A DNA stretch of 64,000 nucleotides, from NCBI RefSeq assembly GCF_030684315.1, contig NC_081360.1:46261424-46325423 (forward strand). Direction: 5' to 3'. The stretch comes from Stegostoma tigrinum. Lineage: Eukaryota. Positions 36,430 through 47,225 of this stretch are shown here, in pieces; position 1 is the first letter of the stretch; each line of letters begins with the position of its first letter. The position numbers and the translations under genes were made by a program. The notes under the pieces were generated by a model. The model worked only from the letters and a program-made list of their open reading frames with translations, was not told the origin of the DNA and made no database searches.

Positions 36430-37397
36430 TTATGTTTACGTCAACCTGTTTTGGATTCTGCCCGGACTGCCCAGGGCCCTGACTGAAGGAGCTCCTCAGG
36501 GTTATCTCCCAGCTCCAACATAAAGTCAGAAATTGTGCTGTGTACTGATGATTGCACAGTAAACTGATGATTGCACAGTAAACAGTGCTGTTTGCTATTC
36601 CTCTGATAACAAATCAGCTGGATTGGGCTGCAGAATGTCAATAAGGCCATTAGGAGCAGGTGTAGGCCATTCGGGTCATCAAATTTGCTCTGCCATTCAA
36701 TGAGATGATCATCCTCAACTCTACTTTTCTGCCTTATCCCTACAGTGTTTGATTTCCTTATTGTTTAAAAATCTGCCTATCTTGGCTTGAATACATTTAG
36801 GAACACAACCTCAACTGCCCTCTGCTGTAAAGAATCCACGAATGACTACACTGAAAAAAGTAAGACTAGCAATCAATAAGGGCAGTGTGATATACTTGAA
36901 CAAATTAGTGTTGAGGGGGAGGAGGTATCAGAGCTTTTAGTGGGCTTGAATGTGGATAAATCCTCAGACCGGAATATGATATTTTATTTGTCAATTATAG
37001 GTCTATGGAACTATAGATTTTGCAACTATACTGTCACACTATAGCATTTTATTTGACTTTTGTATCATTGTGGTCGTTGTTGTTACAGTTCTTTTGGATC
37101 TGTGATAACCCAGACAGAAGAGCAAATATGCTGCAATATCATTTCAATTTAAAGTTTTTGACCTGTGGATTAGAGTGCACCAAATACACTGCCGAGGCAT
37201 GAATTAGGGCTTCATGGTGCAATATGCCTTTTTTTTGTTTGCTATTGGAGGAAAAGAAATGAATTTCTATTTTGAATAAGTTGTTTCTGTGAAACCCATT
37301 TTGGATTTGAATGTTGAAGGCTCAAACTTTTGTTTTAAGATTCTTATCCTCTGGGAGAAGGAAACTGCAGGTGTTTTTGATGTAGCATTCCAAACTT

Positions 37398-38995
37398 GTA
37401 GAACGTAGAACAGTACAGCACAGCACAGGCTCTTTGGCCCAACGATGTTGTGCAGAACTTTTACCCTACACCTAAGGTCTATCTAACCTCCACCGCTACC
37501 TTATGCTATTATCCATTTGCCTATCTAATAGCCGCTTAAATGCCCCTAATGAGGCTGACTCCACTACCCTCTCCGGCAATGCATTTCATGCCCCTACCAC
37601 TCTGAGTGAAGAACATACCTCTGACGTCTCCCTGATATCTACCTCCTTTCACTTTAAAACTATAATCCCCTTTTTAAAGCTACCTCCACCCTAGGAAAAA
37701 GTCTCTGGCTGTCTACTGTATCTATATCTCTGATCATTTTGTACAATTCTATCAAACCACCTCTCATCCTTTGTCGTTCTAAAGAGAAGAGCCCTAGTTC
37801 TGTCAACCTTTCCTCGTAAGACCTTCTCTCCATTCCAGGCAACATCTGGTAAATCTCTCTGCACCTTTTCTAAGGCTTCCACATCTTTCCAGTAATGAGG
37901 TGACCAGAACTGGACACAATACTCCAGATGTGGTCGAACCAGGCTTTTGTATAGCTGGAGCATAACTTCACGGCTCTTGAACTCCGTCCCTCTGTTAATG
38001 AAAACTAACACACCATATGCCGCCTTAACAACTCTATCCACCTGGGTGGCAGCTCTCAGGGAATTGTGAACATGAGCCCCAAGGTCCCTCTAGTCCTTCA
38101 CACTGCCAAGAATCTTTCCATTAACCCTGTATTCTGCTTTCAAGTTTGTCCTTCCAAAAGGAATCACCTCACTTTTCAGGGTTAAACTCCATCTGCCACT
38201 TCTCAGCCCAGCTCTGCATTCTATCAATGTCCGTTTGTAACCTAGACAAGCCCTCTGCACTGTCCATAACGTGACCCACGTTCGTATTGTCCACGAACTT
38301 GCTAATCCACCCTTCCACCCCTTCATCCAAATCATTTTACAAAAGTCACAAATAGGAGAGGACCCAGAACCAGATCCTTGTGGTACACCACTCGTAACTG
38401 AGCACCATGTTGAATATTTTCCATCCACTACCACCCTTTGTCTTCTAAGGGTCAGCCAATTCTGAATCCAATTTGCCATATTTCCCCCATCTCATGCCTC
38501 CTTGCCTTCTGCATGAGCCTACCGTGGGGAACCTTATCAAACGCCTTACTTAAATCCATGTGTACCACATCCACTGCTCTACCTTCATCCACGTGTTCGG
38601 TCACCTCTTCAAAGAATTCACTAAGGCATGATCTACCCCTCACAAATCCATATTGATATCACGAATCAAACTGCCTTTCCAAGTGATCATAAATCCTGTC
38701 TCTGAGAGCCCTTTCCAATAATTTGCCCACCACAGACGTAAGACTAACAGGCCTGTAATTTCCGGGGTTATCCTTGTTCCCTTTTTTGAACAAGGGAATG
38801 ACGTTTGCCTCTTTCCAATCTTCTGACACTATACCCATGGACAGTGAGGATGAAAAGATCATCACCAAAGGCCCTGCAATCTTGTCCCTCGCTTCCCATA
38901 GAATCCTTTGATAAATCCCATCAAGCCCAGGGGGCTTATCTATGTTCAACTTCCTCAGAATTTCTAGCACATCTTTTTTGCTAACATCAACCATA
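37398..38995 (-). mobile_element. CR1 (HER1-like) LINE, 5'-truncated, RT to 3' end
   Basis: Successive ORFs give DWKEANVIPLFKKGNKDNPGNYRPVSLTSVVGK, DLSKAFDKVPHGRL, SGVPQGS and LYKSLVRPHLEYCVQFWSP, with frameshifts. Confidence 0.93.
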
Positions 38996-39758
38996 TTACT
39001 TTCTTTCCCCGCATCCAAGTCAATAATAATTATAAATAGTTTGCACCTGAGGATCAAAGCCTGTGGCACCCCACTAGTTACATCTTGCCAACCAGAAAAT
39101 GACTTGCTTATCCTGATGTTCTGCTTTCTATTGGTTAGCTAATGCTGTATCCACGCTTATGAATTATCCCTCACTCCGTGTGATCTTACCTTAGTGTTAA
39201 CCATTTGTTCTGGAAGTTGACATACATTATATCTTCCAGGATCCCCATTATCCATAATGCTTATTAAATCTTCAACGAATCGTATCAAATCAGTCAAAAA
39301 TGATTTTTTCCCCCTGTCTATCCATCGGAATAAATGTGTTTAGTTTCACTTTACAATTATCTGAATATTAATTAGTAATGGATTCTAATAATTACCCAAC
39401 CCTCGTTAAACCAACTAGTCTGTAATTTCCTACTTTCTGCCTTCTCTTTTTTGAACAAGGTGTTATATTAGCATTAGGTTTTATTGGATTGTTATTTATG
39501 GAATAAATAATTTAACTCAATCATGAACATTTTGCAACTTGAACAAAGTAACACTCTGTCCCCAGTCATCCAGCAGTATCGATAGCTGTCCTTTGGGCGA
39601 TGTTCCTGGAGAATACTTTGCACACTGAAGTTAATAGGGAAATAACATACTGTTGTGTGGTGCTCCAGTGAGTTATTTATTTAATTCAAGTTTACTTTGC
39701 CTGATTTTTTTTCAGTCAGTCATATTTATGTGCTGTTTCTGATGATTGTGTTTTTCAG

Positions 39759-39817
39759 GGTGTGGTTAATACGGAAAATATTGATTTGGCTGTTTTGCAA
39801 AAGAACTGAAAGAAACA
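39759..39817 (+). CDS. lnpk: lnpk exon 5
   Basis: ttttcag|(L)VWLIRKILIWLFCKRTERN|gtaagc; phases fit the neighbouring exons. Confidence 0.93.
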
Positions 39818-39939
39818 GTAAGCTGTTAAGTTTCTCTTTTTAAACGATATTTTCTTATACACTTTGTCATTTTTTATTACCTTTACCATTAGTTATTTTT
39901 CAAAACCACAAGACTACTACTCTTCAAACTTTTTTGCAG

Positions 39940-39980
39940 GTGAAGCTCTTGAAGATTTAAAAGTACAAAAAAAGAAAATT
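39940..39980 (+). CDS. lnpk: lnpk exon 6
   Basis: tttgcag|(S)EALEDLKVQKKKI|gtaagt. Confidence 0.93.
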
Positions 39981-41199
39981 GTAAGTAATATTTTGGCACT
40001 TTTCTATTTCTGCTCCTTCCTTTAAAACTATTTCACTTGGAGGCATCTCCTGTTCTAGTTACTAATTTGCTGGCTATTTAAGTGCGCATCCAAGTAGCAT
40101 TTGTCCATTGGTTTTCAAATATTTTTCCTGTATTTTCTTCACTAATTGTAACAGAAACATGATGTTCTGGTGTGTAAATGAAATAAATGTTAAACATTTT
40201 AGTTGTTTGCCAACACTGGTGAACATGCAACAGTGTTCTTTCTTTTTATTTTAATCAGACCAATTCAAATTTTGGTATAGGACACAGGTTTACAGTTTGA
40301 GCCATTGCACGGTCACTTTTGTCTGCTTGAAAGCTTGCCTAGACTTGAACAGAAGCTGCCATGTTACAAAACTGGTAATTGACATGCTGTCGTGCATTAG
40401 TTATCTTGAGGGTGCCTTCAACCATGACTGCCCACAAAGTAAACAATAAATCAATTTGGCTAAAGTAAGACAAGTGAAAAAAGTGACTGACAGAAAAGAT
40501 ACTCCATCTGACTTTTTTTTTGCAGCTTTCGATAAAAAAGCAAACACAAATGAGAAGTGTGATTTTAAAAATAGTTTAAACCTTTCTTTTGAAGATGAAT
40601 ACTTTTTGTGATTATTGCCTGGGTAAAGCTTAGCTTTAATCAGGCGATAACTTGGTCAGAATCAGCAGTACTAAACTGTTAGCAAAGAAAATGGAAATTA
40701 GTTTAACTAAATGATTGTAGGTAATTTATTTTGGCTGAGTGGTCATTCATATGTCATTTATCATAGTTTTGACAGTTCCCTATTTTTAGGTGGAAGGAAC
40801 GATGAAAAAACCTGAGCATTTAAAAGTTACATAATAACTTAGTTGGTCATTCAATTTGTAGTCATTTGTGTTTTTTTTTGTCAAACTCAACGGAAATAAT
40901 TGACTATTTGAGGCTAGCGCAATGAATTTTTAGGATTGATTCAGTTAAGCCATTAATAATTGCTTTTGGTGACTAGTTTCTGTGTCCAGTATCTCAGACA
41001 TTATTAGTTTAAATAGTTGTGCCAAAATTATAGATACTTAGCTGCCATTGCACAGTTTGACTTTTGTTCTGTGCAGTACCTCGAATGTATATCGTGAAAG
41101 TTTAGAATAGTTAAACATAAGACTGAGTTATGCATAAACTGAACTTTTTAGTAAAGAAATCTAGGTTCACAGCAAATTTTCATTGATGGGATTAGTATA

Positions 41200-42270
41200 A
41201 TTTCTGTTGATTTTTCAGAGCCATATACGATAGAATTTTTCCACTCGATCCAATTGATACTGTTGGCTCAATCAGGAACGTCGCTTTCTTGCCACAACTT
41301 GCTTTCCTTTCAATCTGTGTTTCATCAGCAAATTTAGCTAAGATACTGTTTGTCCCTTCATCAAAGAAGTTATTTTAGATCAGAAATAGCACAGACACAA
41401 GCAATGATCCTTGCAACACTTGAATAGTTCCAAACTGATATCATGAAAATGACCTATTTACCCACCTTCTACGATTCTCCATTTCCTGTTAGTTAGCCAG
41501 TCTTCTGTGAATGCTTGGAAATAACCCCAGCACCATAGATTGTTCGTATTGTGTGAAATAACATTTTATTTGATACATTATTGAATGCATTTGGAAATTC
41601 AAATGCGCTCCATCTACTGCTTCCTCTTTTGAGTTGTCTGTTTGATACATCCTCAGGAGCTCTTAACAAATATGTGCCTTTTACAAAATTGTGCTGATTT
41701 TGTTTGATTGTGTTAGGATTTCCAAAATGTCTTGCTGCTATCTCTTTAATAATGGGAAAATACTATGATCCAATGATCAATGTTAGACTAACTAGCCTAA
41801 TGCTTTGTACTTTCTGTCTCCCTCCTTTCAGGAACATTTGCGGTTTCCTAATCACTGTCACCTTTCCAGAATTTAAAGTTGTTTTTGACAATTAAAACCA
41901 ATGCATCTACATTGGTCTTAAAAAGAAGTGATTGCTATAATGCTACAAGTCATCTGGTCCGAGTGATTTGTCAACCTTTTATTAAAAGAGACATAGTTAC
42001 GAGGGATTATTTTAAGTTTTCCTTCCTTCTGCTTTTTGAATTTTTTTTTATTGTTACGCTTGGTTTTTTTTGTGTCAGCTTCTGTAAGGTAGATGCCAAA
42101 TGCTTGTTTAAACCCTCTGACCTTTCTACGTTTTCCATTTTTAATTCCCTTTGGTTCCTAAGGACTAATGCTTGCTTAAACTGCTTATTTCCTTGTTATC
42201 TACATGTTGAAGATTTCACTACCTGTTTTTATACATCTTGCAAGTTTTCCCATGATTTCTAATTTCTTCC
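41200..42270 (-). mobile_element. Highly decayed CR1 LINE
   Basis: tcatcagcaaatttag (KFAD(E) on minus) and other CR1 RT remnants. Confidence 0.55.
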
Positions 42271-42293
42271 TGTTTGTTCTTTTAGTCATCTAA

Positions 42294-42680
42294 GGTTTTG
42301 GAGTCGATTTGTAGCTCAGGAGTGGGTGTTGAGGATGTTGAGGTTGGTTGGCTCGCTGAGCTGATTTCTTGTTTCGCAGACGTTTCATTACCATGCTTGG
42401 TAACATGCTCAGTGCAGCCTCCAATGAAGAGTTGGTGTGTCTTACCATCTGGTTTTTAAACTCTGGGGTCCGTTGTGATGGATTGCCTCACTTCTGGTTT
42501 TTCTTCATAGTGGAATGTATATGGCGTCGAGTTCAATGTGTTTATTGGCATGCTTCGTGGAGTGCCATGCTTCTAGGAATTCTCATGCCTGTCTCTGCCT
42601 AGCCTGTCCCAGGATCTTTGTGTTGTACCAGTCAAAGTGTTAGTTCTCCTTGTCCATGTGGATTGAGATCATCATTTGCT
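42294..42680 (-). mobile_element. Penelope-like element 3' end (second family) with hammerhead motif
   Basis: The minus strand encodes HFDWYNTKILGQARQRQA*EFLEAWHSTKHANKHIELDAIY, a GIY-YIG C-terminus, followed by gcaCTGAGCAtgttacc-aagcat-ggtaatGAAACGTCtgc. Confidence 0.82.
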
Positions 42681-43559
42681 GGTTTCTAAGACTTTAGTAG
42701 GAGACCAGAAGATTAAGATTAATCTTTGCAGGGCCTTTTCTTTCAGTTTTGTACCACTTTTAATTTCCATAGTTTGCCTCACATTGTGCATTCTCCTTGT
42801 AGACTTTCTTTCTCATTAAGTGTATTTTTTTTTGAATATTAAAATTATCTCTTAAATGACTGCCGCAACTTCTCTCCTGTTTTGTCGCTTATCCTATTTA
42901 CCCAGCCCACTTCAGCCAACTCTTTTTATACGCTTGCAATCGGCTACTTTTGAGTTTAGGGCACTAATTAGGCTGACGTTTCTCACTCTCAAATTGAATT
43001 GAAGATTGCATTATCATCACTGTCTTGTTTAGAGGATCCTTTACTGTAAGTTATTTAATTAATCTTTACATATTGCCCAATACCAGGTCTAAAATAGGAC
43101 CCAGAATCTGTTACAAATGTGTGAATTAGGAGCAGCAAGAAACCATTCAGCCCATCAAGTACATGAAGCTGCTTAATAAGATTAAACCTGATCTGCTTGT
43201 GTTTTGAATTCCACATTCCTATCTACCATCTTATTTTGATTCCCTTGCCTAATGAGTATCTTTCGATGTCTACTTGTAAAAATGTTCAGTGACACCACTG
43301 ATGCAAAAATTTACAAATTGTCTCCATATTCTGAGAGAAAAAAATACTTTCATCTCTCCTGTAAAGGATGTTCCCTAGTTCTGGATTTTATTTCCATGTC
43401 CATTTTGTCAAGAACACTCGTGATTTCATATATTTTGGTCAAGCGACTACTCGCTCTTCTAAGTTCCAGTGGGAGCAAGCCCATTCTGCCTGACCTCATG
43501 TAATGAGACAACCTGTTCATTCCAGGTATCAGTCTAATAAACTACCTCTGTAAATAGAT

Positions 43560-43880
43560 CATACAACGTAGAAAAGTACAGCACAGTACAGGCCCTTTGG
43601 CCCACGATGTTGTGCTGTGGAATAATCCTAATCCAAAATTAAAATAACCTAACCTACATTCCCCTCAATTCACTGCTGTCCGTGTGCATGTCCAGCAGTC
43701 GCTTAAATGTCACTAATGACTCTGCTTCCACGACTACCACAAGCAAAGTATTCCATGCGCTCACAACTCTCTGGGTGAAGAATCTCCCTCTGACGTCTCC
43801 TCTATACCTTCCTCCTAACACCTTAAAACAATGACCCCTCGTGGCAGTCAATCCTGCCCTGGGGAAAAGTGTCTGGCTAA
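43560..43880 (-). mobile_element. CR1 (HER1-like) 3' end
   Basis: TRGHCFKVLGGRYRGDVRGRFFTQRVVSAWNTL. Older CR1 remnants lie on both sides (43120-43550, 43890-44230). Confidence 0.88.
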
Positions 43881-44454
43881 ATGTTATAGAGTTTGTTCAT
43901 TCTTTCTTAAATTAGGAGACCAAAATGGCCCACAGTATTTCAGACGTAGTCTAACTAATGCCTTGTGTAACGGAGGCATAATATTCTTGACTTTGTTTAA
44001 TTCCTCATAATGAAGGGCAACTTTTCATTAGCCACCTTAATTGCTTGCTGTAACCCCATAGTAGTCTTTTATAATTCGTGCGATAGAGCACCTTGATCTC
44101 TGTTGGAATACTGCAGTCATTCTGTGTTTAGATGATAGATATACATGTTTATTTCTCCTGCCAAGGTTGACAGTTTTATATTTTCTCACATTATACTCTG
44201 TCTGCCAGATGTTTGCCAACTCTTAACAGCATACTTTCCTTCCTAGTTTTGTGCAATCTGCAAGTTTGGCTACTTGCCTTCTTTCCTTTCATGTAATTCA
44301 TTGATACAAGTTGTGATAAGTTGAGGTGATGGTGCTGTTCTGAGAAACTGTCATCTTCCAGATTGCTTTTGCTAATTTGATTTGTCCTGTTTATGTGAAG
44401 ATTAAAATCTTCCATGATCATTACTGCAGCTTTCTTATGTAAGATCACAATATA

Positions 44455-44650
44455 GGAGCAAATTACTGCAGATGCTGCACTGAAAACAACAAATGCTGGA
44501 GATCACAGCAGGTCAGGTGGCATGCATGGGGAGAGACCAAGCTAGTGTTTTGAGTCTAGGTGACTCTTCTTCTAGACTTGAAATGTTAGCTTGCTATCTG
44601 CCCATGGATGCTGCCTGGCCTGCTGTGATCTCCAGCATTTGTTGTTTTCA
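44455..44650. mobile_element. Palindromic Penelope-derived element
   Basis: Inverted arms of ~80 nt: tgaaaacaacaaatgctggagatcacagcagg (from 44481) and cctgctgtgatctccagcatttgttgttttca (to 44650). Confidence 0.8.
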
Positions 44651-45259
44651 TTTGAACTAATTCCTGATTCTTGTACTGAGCTTAAGCTTTGTTAATAGAG
44701 CTACCAACCTCCTTTTTCTTCCCTTTTGACCTCCTGAAATGTCCTGTATGCTTGAGCACTTGAGCCATGCTAGTCTTGCACCTGTGCCCCTGTAATGGTA
44801 ATCAGTTTATTTTTGTTTCTGCTATCCATTCATCCATCTTGCTATAAATATCACTTTGTTTTGCCCTTTTTGTATAATCTGACCTTATTTGCTGTTGTAC
44901 ATTTCTGTTTGTATGCTGTGTGCCTTCCCATTACACTTGGTTTATTAATATTTGGTACATTACCTTAGACTGTTGCCTTGTCCTTTTCTTTTTAATTGTT
45001 TCTGTCCCCTATTAATAAGACACTGGTCCCAGCACAGCTCAGATGAAGACCGTCTCAGTGGTACAGCTCCTTCTTTCTGCATTGCCCTTGTTAGAATCTC
45101 GATTCTTTCCTTCCTTTCCCACTGCAAGTTTCTCTTGATCATCCTAAGCGTGTCTTCAACCCTGGCACTAGGTAGGGAAATGATTTTTAGAACTCATGAC
45201 ATTCTCTGCTATAGAGAACTGTATTGATTCCTGGAATTGTGTCGTCACTTATTGCTATT

Positions 45260-45965
45260 AAGGCCACAAGACATAGGAACAGAAGTAGGCCATTTAGCCT
45301 ATTGAGTCTGTTCTACCATTCAATGACACCTGATATTCCAAACCTCTGCTTTCCTGCCTTTTCTCCTTAAATTTTGATTCCCTTGCTGATTAAAAATCTG
45401 TCTCAACCTTGAATATATTCAATGACCCAAACTCTGTTGCCCTGTGTGATAAAGAATTCCACATGTTTGCTACCCTGTGGAGAAGAATTGCCTCCCTTTC
45501 CTTATCCTAAATAGGTGATCCCTTATTCTGCCCTATTATCCTGGACAATCCCACAAATGGAAACAACCTGTCTGCACCTACCCTCTCAAAGCCTTTAAGA
45601 ATTTTTTACATTTAAATAAGGTCATCCTCATTCTTTTAAGCTCCAATGAGTTCAGGCCCAGCCTATTCGACCTCTCCTCATAAGTCATTCGCATCTTATT
45701 CAGGGTCAATCAGTCCCTGGACAGTCCCTTAGATTAAAGGCCCAAACTATTCATGGTTTCAGCTGTGGTTTGGCTAGAGCCTTGTATAGTTTTGGCAAGA
45801 CCTCTCTTTAAACTTGATTCCTTTTGAAATAAAATCCAACATTTCATTTCCCTTCCCTATTACCTGCTGAACCTGGATGACTTATGCATGAGTTTTTGAC
45901 TTATGCATGAGTATCCTCAAGCCCATCTGTACTGTAGCTTTCTGCAGTCATTTCCCATTTAAATA
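45260..45965 (-). mobile_element. Decayed CR1 3' region
   Basis: CR1 tail acaagacataggaacagaagtaggccatt plus ORF2 C-terminal remnants. Confidence 0.7.
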
Positions 45966-46759
45966 AGATTCAGTTTCTCTGATACATTCATTTATTCTTT
46001 CACTAATCAAACAGTTCTCTGCACCACTGTGCTGTGATCCATTTTTCTCATCCTGCCTGCAATCCTTGCTCTAGTCTCCACAATTTGCTATAATCTGGAA
46101 CCTACTGGACAAGTGCAAAGGCGGATACTCCTCTAGAGCTATCTTTTGGATTCCCATACTTGTCTTGCTCTGTCACATTCACCTCTGCCTGACCACAGGC
46201 CACACTGTAAGTATCTGGAATAAGGGTTGTGCCCATCTCCTGGAGTAAAACATCCAGATTCAATCTTCCCCTCTGTGCATATCAGAGTCCGAAGTTTATA
46301 TTCCAGCATTCATTAAAGGTCAATTTAACGTCTTGGCTATAATTCCTCACCAGAGCTTAAAGATCAACTTCAGTAGAGTTGTGAAAACAAAATCTAAAAC
46401 TTCCAAATAAACAACAGGTGCTCAAATTTGTAGGAGAAAATTAATGGCTTTCAATGTCCTTAAAAATGTTTAATAGAAAACAGATCTTTTGGACAATGCC
46501 AGATATTATCCAGTTAGGCACTGGAAAGTTGTCTTGAGAAATTTAAGTGGGCATAATTTTTGTTTATTTCTTTAGCTTATTTGAAGGTATTTTTGCACTT
46601 CTGATTGCTGAGTTTATCCAGTGAGCAGCCAAGTTTGCGCTTTGTAGGCCAAGAAAGCCCAGATTAAGATGTGACAAAAAACCCAAGAACAGTGAATGCC
46701 GGGAGGGCATGCTGTGATGAGGACATTAAGAGCCTGTCAGGGATAGAGATAGGTGGTGT

Positions 46760-47225
46760 GAGTGGACAAAAACTTGGTGTTTGAGATAGGAAAGTGTGAG
46801 GTCATGCAGTATGGTAGAAAATAAATCAAAAGCAGGCTTTTATTTAACTGGAGAGAGGCTTCAAAAAGAGTGTAGAACAGAGGGATCTGGCTTTTTTTTC
46901 TGTGCATGAAAAGCAAAAAGTTAGCAAAGATGGATGAATCTTGGACTAGTCAGTCATAGTTACAGAATAAGGAGATATTCATTTAAAACTGAGGTGTGAA
47001 AGAATTTCTTCTGAGGGTAGTGAAAGTCTGGAATTCTCTAGCCTCAACTTGCTGGGATAGATCTCTGAAAGTATTCCAAGTGGCGGTGGGTTGAGTTTTG
47101 AGAATACAAGGCATTGAGGACTCAGGAGCTGGCACAGTAGAAGAATTGAGGCCTTGGAGAGATCAGCTATGATTTTGTAGACTTGAAGAGGTGAATGTCC
47201 TAGTCATGTTCTTTCTTCCTATGTT
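46760..47225 (+). mobile_element. Decayed CR1 3' region
   Basis: aagtgtgaggtcatgca (KCEVM) and gaatttctt-ctgagggtagtgaaagtctggaattctcta (RVVKVWNSL). Confidence 0.65.

Noticed and set aside
36544-36581. 19-bp tandem duplication containing CTGATGA (hammerhead or C/D-box-like)
   Set aside because: It lies in a CR1 RT fragment where ctgatgattgcaca is the (A)DDCT motif; no GAAA partner or stems.
45877-45915. Short tandem duplication tgacttatgcatgagt x2
   Set aside because: Local slippage inside a dead CR1.
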